Source of the DNA: Nitrospinaceae bacterium
Lineage (GTDB): Bacteria > Nitrospinota > Nitrospinia > Nitrospinales > Nitrospinaceae
NCBI GenBank assembly: GCA_965223665.1
Contig: OZ245011.1
Span: forward strand, 3,168,001 to 3,232,000
Direction: 5' to 3'
DNA length: 64,000 nucleotides
Positions 1-10,253 of the stretch are shown here, piece by piece. Numbering within the stretch: the stretch's first letter is position 1; every line of letters starts with the position of its first letter. The position numbers were made by a program, and so were the translations under genes. The notes under the pieces are model-generated. The model saw only the letters and a list, made by a program, of their open reading frames with translations, was not told where the DNA came from and did not search any database.

Positions 1-1
1 C

Positions 2-1591
2 TTTAAAGAAGGCGAAATTATCAATGGGAAAGTATTGAATGTTGGAAAAGGAATGGTAACCATTGATGTGGGATTTAAATCAGAGGGAATTGTAAATTTA
101 AATGAATTCCCCGAATCAGAAAAAAATCTCCAAATTGGAGACGATGTTGAAGTTTTCCTTGAACGGGTAGAGGATAATGATGGCATTGTTGTCCTGTCCA
201 AGGAAAAAGCCAACAAAATTAAAATTTGGGAAAAACTTGTTACAGCTTTTGAATCTGGAGAAATTATTGAAGGAGTGGTTGTTGCTAAAGCTAAAGGTGG
301 CCTTACGGTGGATATAGGGTTGAAGGCCTTTTTACCTGGTTCTCAAATTGATCTTCGCCCAGTGAGAAATCTTGAAAAGTTGATTGGTGATCGATTTGAA
401 ATGAAGATCATTAAAATGAATAAAAAAAGGGGAAATATAGTACTTTCGCGAAGAATTTTGTTGGAAGAAGAACGGCAACAGGCTCGAGAAGGTACCCTCC
501 AAAAAATGGAAGAAGGAAATAAAGTGGAAGGTATTGTCAAAAACATTACCGATTACGGAGTGTTTATTGACTTAGGAGGTATTGATGGTCTTCTTCATAT
601 TACTGACATGTCGTGGGGACGCGTGAACCACCCCTCAGAAATGTTTTCCATCGGGGACAAGGTGACCGTCATGGTCTTGAAATACGATAAAGAAAAAGAA
701 AGGGTTTCCCTGGGGCTAAAACAGATCACTCCTGATCCATGGGTTAATGTTGAAGAAAAATATCCTGTTAATACCAAAATTCAGGGCAATGTAGTTAGTA
801 TTACAGATTATGGTGCTTTTGTAGAATTAGAAAAGGGGATTGAAGGGTTAGTGCACGTTTCTGAAATTTCATGGAGCAGGCATGTAAAACATCCCAATAA
901 AGTGGTTTCCATTGGAGACTCTGTGGATGCTATTGTGCTTACACTTGATAAAGAAAAGAAACGAATTTCATTGGGAATGAAGCAAACTGAACCGAATCCT
1001 TGGAATGAAATTGAAGATAAATATCCAATTGGTTCTCAAGTGGAAGGTATTGTCCGAAATTTAACCGATTTTGGAGCTTTTGTAGAATTAGAGGATGGTG
1101 TGGATGGTTTGATCCATATTTCAGATATGGCTTGGAACAAGAAAATTAAACATCCCTCAGAGGCCCTTAAGAAAAAGGACAAAGTCACAGCCGCTGTTTT
1201 GAATATTGATAAGGAAGCTTGCCGTATTTCCCTGGGTATAAAGCAACTTGAGCCAGACCCATGGGAAAAAATCCCTGAACAATATCCAATAGGAAAAGAT
1301 GTTTCAGGCACGATTGTAAAAGTTACCGGTTTCGGGGCTTTTGCAGAATTTGATGATGGGTTAGAAGGTTTGATCCATGTTTCTCAGTTAAGTTCTGAAA
1401 AAGTTACTCATCCGGAAAAGGTTGTAAAAGTTGGAGATTCTATTAAGGCGAAGGTGGTTAAGGTCGATACCACTAATAAGAAGATTGGTTTAAGTATTAA
1501 GGCTTATGAAGAGAACATGGATCCTTCGCAAATTGCCATGGAAGATGTTCAACTTGATGATCCTGAAGAACAAACCGAAGAATCCTCTTAA
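2..1591 (+). CDS. rpsA: 30S ribosomal protein S1 (5' end outside window)
   Basis: Repeated S1 domains (YGVFIDLGGIDGLLHITDMSW, FGAFVELEDGVDGLIHISD). The frame is open back to base 2 (FKEGEIINGKV), so the true start lies upstream of the window. Confidence 0.98.
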   Translation, partial: FKEGEIINGKVLNVGKGMVTIDVGFKSEGIVNLNEFPESEKNLQIGDDVEVFLERVEDNDGIVVLSKEKANKIKIWEKLVTAFESGEIIEGVVVAKAKGGLTVDIGLKAFLPGSQIDLRPVRNLEKLIGDRFEMKIIKMNKKRGNIVLSRRILLEEERQQAREGTLQKMEEGNKVEGIVKNITDYGVFIDLGGIDGLLHITDMSWGRVNHPSEMFSIGDKVTVMVLKYDKEKERVSLGLKQITPDPWVNVEEKYPVNTKIQGNVVSITDYGAFVELEKGIEGLVHVSEISWSRHVKHPNKVVSIGDSVDAIVLTLDKEKKRISLGMKQTEPNPWNEIEDKYPIGSQVEGIVRNLTDFGAFVELEDGVDGLIHISDMAWNKKIKHPSEALKKKDKVTAAVLNIDKEACRISLGIKQLEPDPWEKIPEQYPIGKDVSGTIVKVTGFGAFAEFDDGLEGLIHVSQLSSEKVTHPEKVVKVGDSIKAKVVKVDTTNKKIGLSIKAYEENMDPSQIAMEDVQLDDPEEQTEESS

Positions 1592-1614
1592 CCTTAAATT
1601 CTTTGGAGAGCAAT

Positions 1615-2526
1615 ATGGCAGGAACAGCACCCAATAAACCGAAAAGATCCTTTAGTCGAGGTTTAATTTATTTTTTTGTGGGTCTTTTGGCCCTGATTGG
1701 ATTTTCATCTGTATTAGGGAAATTCATGTCGGATGACTTGGACAGTGGCAAGGAAAAGATTGCTTTAGTCGAGGTCACAGGCATGATATCCGATTCTTCT
1801 GAAGTGGTGAATCAATTATCCCAGTACGGGAGAAATAAAAGTATTAAGGGTATTATTTTACGTATTGATTCACCAGGGGGAGCGGTTGCGCCTTCACAAG
1901 AAATATATGATGAAGTTCTAAGGACTCGTGCAAAGAATAAAACGGTTTATGCTTCTATGGGAAGTCTGGCTGCTTCAGGGGGTTATTATATAGCAGCCGC
2001 GGCTGATCGTATCTTTGCAAACCCAGGCACTCTAACTGGAAGTATAGGAGTGATTATGGCTTTTTCCAATGCAGAAGAATTGATCCATAAAATTGGGTTG
2101 AAGCCGGAAGTAGTTAAAAGTGGAAAATTTAAGGATACGGGTTCTCCTGCAAGAAAAATGAGTAAAGAAGAAAGAGGGTATTTGCAGAGAGTAGTAAATG
2201 ATGTTCACCAACAATTTGTGGAAGCAGTCGCAAAGGGAAGAAATTTAAAAATTCCCGAAGCTAGAAAGTTAGCTGATGGGCGAATATACACAGGTCGCCA
2301 GGCTTTTAAATTAAAGATGGTAGACCAAATAGGTAGTCTGGAAGATGCCATTGCAAGTTTAAGTGAGGTTTTAGGGATACGAGGAAGACCAAAAATAGTA
2401 AAAGAATCTAAAAAACAAAGCTTTATGGAATGGTTTATGGGAAATAATGCAGTTGCGGAAAATATAAAAAGCGCTCTTTGGCCGGCTCGGTTTCCCCACC
2501 TTCAGTATCTATGGCTTCCGGGATAG
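1615..2526 (+). CDS. sppA: Signal peptide peptidase SppA (36K type, S49)
   Basis: RIDSPGG, AASGGYY and TGSIGV motifs plus an N-terminal TM helix; ATG at 1615 follows GGAG. Confidence 0.95.
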   Translation: MAGTAPNKPKRSFSRGLIYFFVGLLALIGFSSVLGKFMSDDLDSGKEKIALVEVTGMISDSSEVVNQLSQYGRNKSIKGIILRIDSPGGAVAPSQEIYDEVLRTRAKNKTVYASMGSLAASGGYYIAAAADRIFANPGTLTGSIGVIMAFSNAEELIHKIGLKPEVVKSGKFKDTGSPARKMSKEERGYLQRVVNDVHQQFVEAVAKGRNLKIPEARKLADGRIYTGRQAFKLKMVDQIGSLEDAIASLSEVLGIRGRPKIVKESKKQSFMEWFMGNNAVAENIKSALWPARFPHLQYLWLPG

Positions 2527-2715
2527 TTTACAGATAAAAATTTTGCTATTTCGATAATTTTATGGCTCATAAAGGGTATTAATCGATTTTATAATATTTT
2601 TTGAAGCTTGCTAACCTTTATTAAAGAAACCATCTAACAAGAAAAAGTCCAAATTTTTAAAAAATCCCAATACATACAAAAAAGGTATTATCTATTTCGA
2701 TATGCTCAAAAACTC

Positions 2716-2743
2716 TTGACTTAGTTGGGGTTAGTGGTATACT
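2716..2743 (+). promoter_or_regulatory. Sigma70-type promoter of ihfB
   Basis: TTGACT (2716-2721), 16-nt spacer, extended TG-n-TATACT (2735-2743). Confidence 0.65.
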
Positions 2744-2780
2744 TCTCGCATATTACGAGGCCATTAGGGGGAGAAGTTTC

Positions 2781-3113
2781 ATGACCAAAGCGGAGTTGGT
2801 AGAAAAGGTTTCCGCGCAAATCAACCTGACCAAAAAACAAACCGAGGTTGTGGTCAACACTGTGTTTCAAAGTATCACAGAATCTTTGGCGCAAGGCAAA
2901 AAGGTTGAGCTACGTGGATTTGGAAGTTTTCGAGTGCGAAATCGTAATGCCCGGATTGGAAGAAATCCTAAGTCCGGTGATCGTGTTGATGTTCCAGCCA
3001 AGAAAGTCCCTTTTTTTAAAGCAGGTAAGGAACTCAGGGAACTAGTAGATGGGCATTTTGAAATCATGGACGATGATGATTATGATGATCTTGAGGAAGG
3101 TTCCGAAGATTAA
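2781..3113 (+). CDS. ihfB: Integration host factor beta / HU-family DNA-binding protein with acidic tail
   Basis: MTKAEL, VELRGFGSF, GRNPKSG and VPFFKAGKELRE; follows rpsA-sppA. Confidence 0.9.
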   Translation: MTKAELVEKVSAQINLTKKQTEVVVNTVFQSITESLAQGKKVELRGFGSFRVRNRNARIGRNPKSGDRVDVPAKKVPFFKAGKELRELVDGHFEIMDDDDYDDLEEGSED

Positions 3114-3150
3114 TTTTTGTTCATGATTTGTATATTTTAGTTTTGTCTTT

Positions 3151-3176
3151 AAGCAGGGTTTGGCCCTGCTTTTTTT
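3151..3176 (+). terminator. Rho-independent terminator after ihfB
   Basis: AAGCAGGG-tttgg-CCCTGCTT stem followed by a T run. Confidence 0.85.
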
Positions 3177-3240
3177 ATTTGCTGACACTGTCATTATCCT
3201 ACACTACACCTACTTTTTCGATTTTAACCTAAGATAATAT

Positions 3241-4311
3241 ATGCCTGGAAATACATTTGGACATTTATTTAAAGTGACTACCTGGGGTGAATCCCACGGA
3301 AAGGGTATTGGCGTTGTTGTTGATGGTTGCCCATCAGGATTACCTCTGGTTGAAAAAGATATTCAAAAAGAATTGGAACGTCGTCGCACAGGACAAAGTA
3401 AAGTCACCACCACCAGAAAAGAACCAGATCAAATTGTAATACTCTCAGGGGTTTTTAATGGAAAAACCACTGGGACCCCAATTGCAATGATGGTGGAAAA
3501 TAGTGATGCGGACTCATCAAAGTATGAGCTTATTAAAGATCTTTATCGCCCAGGTCATGCGGATTTTACTTATGATGAAAAGTTTGGATTTAGAGATTAC
3601 CGTGGGGGTGGTCGAAGTAGTGCAAGAGAAACAGTAGGGCGAGTAGCGGCCGGAGCCATTGCCAAAAAGCTATTGGCCCTTAAAAAAATTAAAGTTTTTG
3701 CCTACACAAAACAAATCGGAGAATTGGTGGCAAAAAAGTTTGACATAAAGGAAATTGAAAAAAATATTGTAAGATGCCCAGATAAAAAAGTTGCAGCGCA
3801 AATGGTTGATGCCATTATGAAAGTGCGCAAGCAAGGAGATTCTTTAGGGGGTGTTATAGAAATAATTGCTCAGGGTGTGCCAGCCGGGTTAGGAGAACCT
3901 GTATTTGACCGATTAGATGCTGAGTTAGCAAAAGCATTAATGTCCCTTCCTGCGGTTAAAGGGGTTGAGGTAGGGATAGGATTTGAGGCCGCGAAACTTA
4001 AAGGATCACAATGTAATGATATCTTTATTAAAAAAGGAAAAAAAATTACCACCAAAACAAACAATGCGGGTGGAATTTTAGGCGGGATTTCAAATGGAAA
4101 TGATATTGTTTTGCGAATGGTTGTAAAACCTACCTCTTCTATTAATCGGGTTCAAGATACCGTAAATCAAACCGGAAAAAAATCAAAAATCAGAGTGGAA
4201 GGTAGACATGATCCTTGTGTAGCACCTCGAGCAGTTCCCATGGCAGAAACTATGGTTGCTTTAGTTTTAATTGACCATTTATTTCTCCAGGAACATTCGC
4301 AGCTTAAATAA
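3241..4311 (+). CDS. aroC: Chorismate synthase
   Basis: GESHG, RPGHAD, GGGRSSARET and GRHDPC signatures. Confidence 0.98.
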   Translation: MPGNTFGHLFKVTTWGESHGKGIGVVVDGCPSGLPLVEKDIQKELERRRTGQSKVTTTRKEPDQIVILSGVFNGKTTGTPIAMMVENSDADSSKYELIKDLYRPGHADFTYDEKFGFRDYRGGGRSSARETVGRVAAGAIAKKLLALKKIKVFAYTKQIGELVAKKFDIKEIEKNIVRCPDKKVAAQMVDAIMKVRKQGDSLGGVIEIIAQGVPAGLGEPVFDRLDAELAKALMSLPAVKGVEVGIGFEAAKLKGSQCNDIFIKKGKKITTKTNNAGGILGGISNGNDIVLRMVVKPTSSINRVQDTVNQTGKKSKIRVEGRHDPCVAPRAVPMAETMVALVLIDHLFLQEHSQLK

Positions 4312-4344
4312 TAGCCCTCGAAAAGCTTCCTCCAAAAATTATAT

Positions 4345-5148
4345 ATGACAACCCCCTATAAAATTGGATTTTTACAAACCAATCCCCTATTTGGCAAGGT
4401 AGAAAGCAATCTAAACAAAATCGAACAATATTTCCAGAATGTAAACGCCAATTTGATGGTATTACCTGAACTTTTTAATACAGGATATCAGTTTAAAAGC
4501 ATTGAAGAAGCGAAAGCCATTTCGGAAGAAATACCAGCCGGGAAAACCACACAGTTTTTAATTAATTTAGCGCAAAAGACTCAATCGGCAATTATTGCAG
4601 GAATTGCAGAGATTGATAATGGAGCCTTATTCAACTCCGCTGTGATTATTGGTACGCAAGGTTTTATGGGAAAATACAGAAAGGCCCATATATTTGATAC
4701 AGAAAAAAAATTTTTTAATCCTGGAAATTTACCTTTAAAAACCTTTCAACTTGGCTCCGCCAATGTTGGGGTCATGATCTGCTTTGATTGGCGATTTCCT
4801 GAAGTTTCCCGTACGTTAGCGTTGAAAGGGGCGGACATTATTGCCCATCCATCCAATTTAGTTTTACCGCATTGCCCCCAATCTATGATTACCCGGTGTT
4901 TGGAAAATCGGATATATGCTGTAACCTCGGATCGCATTGGGACTGAAAACAGGATTACAGATGAATCCCTCAAATTTATAGGACAAAGTCAAATTGTTGA
5001 TCCTAATGGCGAAGTACTTTATCGGGCTTCACAGGACCAGGAAGAGATAAAAGTCATTGAAATTGATCTTGACCTGGCAAGAGAAAAGAAAATTAACCCA
5101 CACAATGATCTACTAAAAGATCGAAGAGAAGACCTTTACAGAGCGTAA
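4345..5148 (+). CDS. Nitrilase-superfamily carbon-nitrogen hydrolase
   Basis: Glu-Lys-Cys triad motifs LPELF, YRKAH and ICFDWRFPE. Confidence 0.9.
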   Translation: MTTPYKIGFLQTNPLFGKVESNLNKIEQYFQNVNANLMVLPELFNTGYQFKSIEEAKAISEEIPAGKTTQFLINLAQKTQSAIIAGIAEIDNGALFNSAVIIGTQGFMGKYRKAHIFDTEKKFFNPGNLPLKTFQLGSANVGVMICFDWRFPEVSRTLALKGADIIAHPSNLVLPHCPQSMITRCLENRIYAVTSDRIGTENRITDESLKFIGQSQIVDPNGEVLYRASQDQEEIKVIEIDLDLAREKKINPHNDLLKDRREDLYRA

Positions 5149-5335
5149 TCAAATTTGTAAACTAGGCCTAATTTTTTTCAGAATAATACTTTGGGATCTC
5201 AAAATATATATTTTTTGAGGCGTTTAAATTCTCTCTCTAGATAAGGAGGGAGGGTTTCCGTCCAATAAAATTATTTTAAAGGCTCCCTTAAATTCAAAGC
5301 GGTGACTTTGAAAATATTGATATAAAGGACTATTT

Positions 5336-5761
5336 ATGCAACCTCCAAAATCTCGATTTTTAAAAAAAGATGATGGCACAATATATGACTCTCTTACCAG
5401 CCTTACTTGGAAAGCTAAAGATTCTTTGTTAGATTTAGAAAAAGAAGTTTCCTGGGACGAGGCAAACCAATACGCTCAAAATACCAATAATGATCAATTT
5501 GGAGGGCATAATGATTGGAGAGTACCCACGATTCACGAAGCTTCTTCACTGTACGAAGAAGAAAAGTTAAACAAAGACGCAAAAGGAGGGGATATTCACC
5601 TTGATTCTATTTTTCCGCCCGGAGCTGGTAATTGCACTTGGACAAGTAACGAAAGGGGGGGTGAAGCCCAAATCATGTTTTATTTAAATGGTTGTCCTTA
5701 TTGGTATGATAAAAATGATAAAACTATTTCCCATTCAGTCCGCTTAGTAAGAAGAGGTTAA
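5336..5761 (+). CDS. DUF1566 (Lcl C-terminal-like) domain protein
   Basis: DGTIYDSLTSLTW, GGHNDWRVPT and a C-terminal VRLVR match the DUF1566 pattern. Confidence 0.75.
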   Translation: MQPPKSRFLKKDDGTIYDSLTSLTWKAKDSLLDLEKEVSWDEANQYAQNTNNDQFGGHNDWRVPTIHEASSLYEEEKLNKDAKGGDIHLDSIFPPGAGNCTWTSNERGGEAQIMFYLNGCPYWYDKNDKTISHSVRLVRRG

Positions 5762-5837
5762 ATTTAAAATCTAATTTTTTGTTTTATCTTTTTAAAAAAT
5801 CTGAGAACCTAAAGTAAAATAACTTTATTCTCTTTCA

Positions 5838-6290
5838 ATGGATAAGCTTAAGGTTCTTCAGGGTATAGACAGTGCATTTGGTCATATATCTCGTCCAGTC
5901 CATTTTCTAAAAAACCCTAACCATTGTTGTGAATGTGCTGAGCATGAAGACACATTGCAACAAGTTACCCCAATCACTATCAGCCTAAAAGAAGTTGGAT
6001 CCCCTGCATGGGACCCTTTATGTGGAGTGAAACCGGCAGCATTTCAATATTTGATGCCGGGTTTAGCGCGTCTTGCAATGGGGAAAGGGGATAGTTATTA
6101 TTTAGATCAATTCATGTTTCATTTGGAATCCTTCCAAATTGATGAATTCAACCCAGCTCAATCTCAAGCGGTCTTAAATTTGCTTTGGTTTCTTTTTGAA
6201 ACCATGCCAGAGGAAATTGAATCTTCCGTATGGGATGAATTAACCTTAGGAAGGGTAATTGAAAAGTTGGAATTGCAACTTTTCAAATAA
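5838..6290 (+). CDS. Hypothetical protein with HCCECAEH putative metal-binding motif
   Basis: 150-aa ORF with plausible composition; no family recognised. Confidence 0.7.
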   Translation: MDKLKVLQGIDSAFGHISRPVHFLKNPNHCCECAEHEDTLQQVTPITISLKEVGSPAWDPLCGVKPAAFQYLMPGLARLAMGKGDSYYLDQFMFHLESFQIDEFNPAQSQAVLNLLWFLFETMPEEIESSVWDELTLGRVIEKLELQLFK

Positions 6291-6296
6291 ATCCTC

Positions 6297-7133
6297 TTAT
6301 TTTTTATCCAAATTATAAACTAGAGGGATTCCATTAGTTCCCACCGGGATATAAACTGTAGTGTGATTTGGGGAATCTGCCATTTTATTCTGTGCGTTTA
6401 TAGCTTCATGCTGCAAATAATTTTTTGTTAATGTGGAGTTGATAATTTTCTGTGATTCCGCAATTCCCCTGGCCTCTTCTACTCGGATTTCGGCATTTTT
6501 TATAGCAATTTGTCGTTCAATTGCTTTTTTTTCCAGTTCTTGTTCAGCGGCTAGTTTTCTTTCCACAGCTTGAGCCACAGCTTGAGGATAATCTATATTG
6601 CCGACCACCAGTTTTAACAATTTAAATGGGGTTCCTTCTAAGTGGTTCCTAAGCTTTATCAAAACTTGTTGGGCGATTTTTTCTCGATTAGCTTTTATTT
6701 CTCGTGAATCGAAACTGTGGACAGCATCACGCACAAAAGATCGAAAAGGCTCCTTAACAAAACGAGCATACCAATTTCTTCCACCATAATTCTCCACGAC
6801 CTTTTGAATCGTCCCTTCTTGGATTTCAAAAACTCCCTGAAACCTAAAATTTACATTTAGATCATCTTTAGCAAGAATTTTAAACTCCTCATTCAAAGTC
6901 ATGGGGCGAAAATCAACATTTATGGTTCGGTTTCGCCAAAGTGATACGCCAAAATTTCCTGGCCCTTTCACCCTTCCTTTAAAACCACCATTTCCCCACA
7001 CTCGAGGTTTTTCAAATACATATCCTTCATGGCCTTCGGGTGTGTATGGATTGGTATAAATAGAAAAGAAAATAATTAGAAAGATAAAAATACACACTAA
7101 GCCAAATGTAAAAAAAATATTGGATGTTTTCAT
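6297..7133 (-). CDS. SPFH/band-7 (prohibitin-like) membrane protein
   Basis: N-terminal TM helix, band-7 core and an AVERKLAAEQE...EEARGIAESQ coiled coil; start moved to ATG 7133 after GGAG. Confidence 0.85.
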   Translation of the reverse strand: MKTSNIFFTFGLVCIFIFLIIFFSIYTNPYTPEGHEGYVFEKPRVWGNGGFKGRVKGPGNFGVSLWRNRTINVDFRPMTLNEEFKILAKDDLNVNFRFQGVFEIQEGTIQKVVENYGGRNWYARFVKEPFRSFVRDAVHSFDSREIKANREKIAQQVLIKLRNHLEGTPFKLLKLVVGNIDYPQAVAQAVERKLAAEQELEKKAIERQIAIKNAEIRVEEARGIAESQKIINSTLTKNYLQHEAINAQNKMADSPNHTTVYIPVGTNGIPLVYNLDKK

Positions 7134-7292
7134 ATCTCCCTCTTGTAAACGGAGGCCTTGATTAGCCATAAAATTATTCCACAATTTTTTTGTCCAAGCA
7201 TAGAATCGCTCGGGGAAATAATTTTTCACTTTATGATTAATGGGGTTCTGGTTTTTTTACTATTTTGTTGGGAAGGAAGTTAAATAGAATTT

Positions 7293-7916
7293 CTAAATAC
7301 TATTAATGTCGTAAACTAGTTCTTCACCTCGCAAAGCAGGCTCCTCGACTTTAATAAATAAATCTTTTAATTTCTCAAGCATATCAGTGTCGATGGCGCT
7401 GGTTCCACGGGATTGGGCGGTAATAGAATCAAAAAGATGTTGATAATATAATCGATACGTTTTCGCTAATATGATGGAATAATTGTTTTCTATTTCTTCA
7501 TCATAAAATCGATTTAATACACTTTGAATTAGGGTATATAAAGCTTCTGAATATAGTTGGAAATAAGCAGACTGTTTTTCAAATTCTTCAAAACGAATTT
7601 CATCTTGGTCACCTTTTAAATATTTAAAGATAACTTTTCCATCCACATCTGTATTTCTTTTAAAATATTCTTGCCACATCACCATATTTTTAATGTTTTC
7701 AATAAGAGTTTTTCTAAAGGCACATTTCTGATCTAAATGATTGTCTTTAGAACAAACATCGTTAACCACAGAAAAAAAAGCCTGGTGAACATCCCCATTT
7801 AACTGAGAGTTATTCTGCAATGCTTTTGCAAAAAGAAACTTTTTTTTAGCTTCTTCCTCGTTTGCGTATTGATCAAATATCCTTTGACCAAAATCTTTGA
7901 CAGTCCCTATATCCAT
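7293..7916 (-). CDS. Hypothetical helical protein
   Basis: 207-aa ORF with an AGGA SD; no family recognised. Confidence 0.7.
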   Translation of the reverse strand: MDIGTVKDFGQRIFDQYANEEEAKKKFLFAKALQNNSQLNGDVHQAFFSVVNDVCSKDNHLDQKCAFRKTLIENIKNMVMWQEYFKRNTDVDGKVIFKYLKGDQDEIRFEEFEKQSAYFQLYSEALYTLIQSVLNRFYDEEIENNYSIILAKTYRLYYQHLFDSITAQSRGTSAIDTDMLEKLKDLFIKVEEPALRGEELVYDINSI

Positions 7917-8211
7917 TGAATCCTTTCTTGGCCAATCTAAGTGTACAAGCAGATTAGCACGTCATTCCTCTAAGGTAAACAGGGACTCCTACTATATTCA
8001 AGAGGGAAAACTATGGGGAAAAAAGAAAAATATATTGTAAGAAAAATCGTATGCAAAAACTTTTGAAAAGGTCTTTGTTATCCTTATATCCTTCAATTGA
8101 ATAGTGAATTAGATAAATTATTTTTTTTAAAAAAACTTTGGAGATCTTAAAAATAATTGACTAAGAATTATTTTAAAATAAATCTTTAATATGATTTCAA
8201 GAAGTGGATTT

Positions 8212-9015
8212 CTAAAGTGGGCGTTGCGATTTTTTGACGATGTCTTTATCGAAATAATTAATGGACATTCCTGCATCGAGAACGATTCCCTGTGCATTAA
8301 TACCACTGGAGCGTTCACTTAATAAAAACACTGCTGTGTTGGCTACTTCTTGAGTGGTGAGAGCCTTTTTTCTTAGAGTCAATTGTTCCGCATGAAGGTA
8401 GGAGTCAATATAACCAGGAATACCCGCTGATGCAGAGGATTTAAGTAGACCTGCATTGACAGAATTAAAACGAATTTGTGAGAAGGTGCTGAAGGACTTA
8501 GCAAGAAAGCAAAGGGATGAATCCAGTGCCGCTTTTGCAGGCCCCATATAGCCATAGTTTTCTGCCGCCATTCGTGTTGTGGATATTGATACGGTAACAA
8601 TGGAGGCATTTTTATCAAACAATTCTTTAAATGCGTTGGCAAGTTGAATAAGTGAAAAACACGAAATATCCACGCACTGCAAAAAATCTTGTTTTTTAGT
8701 CTCGTGGAATGGCTTCAATCCTTCTGCAAAGTTTGCAAATGCAATCGAGTGGACCATTCCGTGAAGAACATCAGTTTCGTTTTTAATCTGATTTCGTAAT
8801 TTCTCAATTTCTTCAGACTTCTCAACGTCGCAAACGAACACCGGTGCTGGTTTTACCAAAGCTTCAGTACATTTTTTTCGATTTTCGCTGCGCACACTAT
8901 ATAGAACATTTGCTCCTTGCTCGGTAAGAGTTTTCCCAATATAGTGAGCCACACTTTTTTTGTTTGCCACCCCGGTGACTAAAATGGTTTTACCTTGCAA
9001 CTCAAGAAAGCTCAC
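8212..9015 (-). CDS. fabI: Enoyl-ACP reductase (FabI-like)
   Basis: [15 protein letters not shown] and YGYMGPAK (YxxMxxxK); GTG start overlaps the fabZ stop. Confidence 0.88.
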   Translation of the reverse strand: MSFLELQGKTILVTGVANKKSVAHYIGKTLTEQGANVLYSVRSENRKKCTEALVKPAPVFVCDVEKSEEIEKLRNQIKNETDVLHGMVHSIAFANFAEGLKPFHETKKQDFLQCVDISCFSLIQLANAFKELFDKNASIVTVSISTTRMAAENYGYMGPAKAALDSSLCFLAKSFSTFSQIRFNSVNAGLLKSSASAGIPGYIDSYLHAEQLTLRKKALTTQEVANTAVFLLSERSSGINAQGIVLDAGMSINYFDKDIVKKSQRPL

Positions 9016-9437
9016 AGGCTATCCTCCATCATCATTGCAGTGAATTCAACTGAGCAAGCGAGCTTACCATTAACAAAAGCTTTGCCCTTAAGGTAATGAG
9101 CCGGTCCAATGGCCTCAACATGATTTACTTCCATTTCTAGTTGGTCACCTGGATAAACAGGATTCTTGAACTTTACATTTTGTATTCTAGTTAATACAGG
9201 AACGCCGGAAGGAAATCCTCCTAAACGTTTTGATATTAATATGGCTCCAGTTTGGAATACACTTTCACAAATTAAAACTCCCGGCATGATGGGATGATTG
9301 GGATAATGCCCTTTAAAAAAGGATTCGTCAGAATTAATTTGCTTGTGGGCTTTAATATATTGATCTGTTTGTTCCAGGATTTTATCAACAAATAAAAATG
9401 GAGGCCGGTGTGGAATAGAATTTTCAATTTCGTTCAT
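9012..9437 (-). CDS. fabZ: 3-hydroxyacyl-ACP dehydratase (FabZ-like)
   Basis: [11 protein letters not shown] and [19 protein letters not shown]; start moved to ATG 9437. Confidence 0.9.
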   Translation of the reverse strand: MNEIENSIPHRPPFLFVDKILEQTDQYIKAHKQINSDESFFKGHYPNHPIMPGVLICESVFQTGAILISKRLGGFPSGVPVLTRIQNVKFKNPVYPGDQLEMEVNHVEAIGPAHYLKGKAFVNGKLACSVEFTAMMMEDSL

Positions 9438-9439
9438 GG

Positions 9440-10183
9440 TTACAAACCTCCTGTAACTTCCAATACTGCACCATTGATATAAGATGATTCTCTGGAAGCA
9501 AGAAATAGTACACAATGTGCTACATCATCTACATTCCCAAATCGTTTTAGAGGAATTTGTTTTAAATATTTTTCCTTTTGGTCTTCAGACAAGTCAGCGA
9601 TAAACTCAGTATCAATAAATCCGGGAGAAACACAGTTGACAGTTATTTTGCGAGTAGCTACTTCTTTGGATAAGGACTTGGTAAGTGCGACTTGTCCCGC
9701 TTTGGTAGCAGCATAATTTGACTGACCAGGAAAACCAAATTTACCTATGGGGGAAGTGATATTAATGATTCGACCGTAGCGTTGTCGCATCAAATTCTGT
9801 ACTCCCAATTTACACATATGAAATGTTCCGGTGAGATTGGTATCTATGACTTGAGTCCAGTCCTCCTCACGCATCATCCCTAAAACTGAGTCCCGGCGAA
9901 TTCCCGAATTGTTTACTAAGATTTCAAATTTACCGAAGGATTCTTCAATAAACCTAAAAAAACTTTCAACCTCTGAAAATTGTGTTATATCAAATTGTTT
10001 TAGATGCAATTGATTTTTAAATTCTTTATTAGCTTCTAGAAATTTTTCAGCTGCTTGTTGATTAGCCTGAAAGGTAGCAACTACAGTTGCGCCTGCTTTT
10101 AAAAAGGACTCGACAATACCTCGACCAATGCCGCGGGTACCACCTGTTACAATTACAGTTTGGCCTGTAAAATCGAATTTCAT
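9440..10183 (-). CDS. fabG: 3-oxoacyl-ACP reductase (FabG-like SDR)
   Basis: TGGTRGIG, NNSG, YAATK and VSPGFIDT. Confidence 0.9.
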   Translation of the reverse strand: MKFDFTGQTVIVTGGTRGIGRGIVESFLKAGATVVATFQANQQAAEKFLEANKEFKNQLHLKQFDITQFSEVESFFRFIEESFGKFEILVNNSGIRRDSVLGMMREEDWTQVIDTNLTGTFHMCKLGVQNLMRQRYGRIINITSPIGKFGFPGQSNYAATKAGQVALTKSLSKEVATRKITVNCVSPGFIDTEFIADLSEDQKEKYLKQIPLKRFGNVDDVAHCVLFLASRESSYINGAVLEVTGGL

Positions 10184-10253
10184 GGATAAGGAAGATTAAA
10201 GGAAGAGAGTACCCAATATTCATTTAAAGAAACTGTATTGAGTAATTTTTTAA

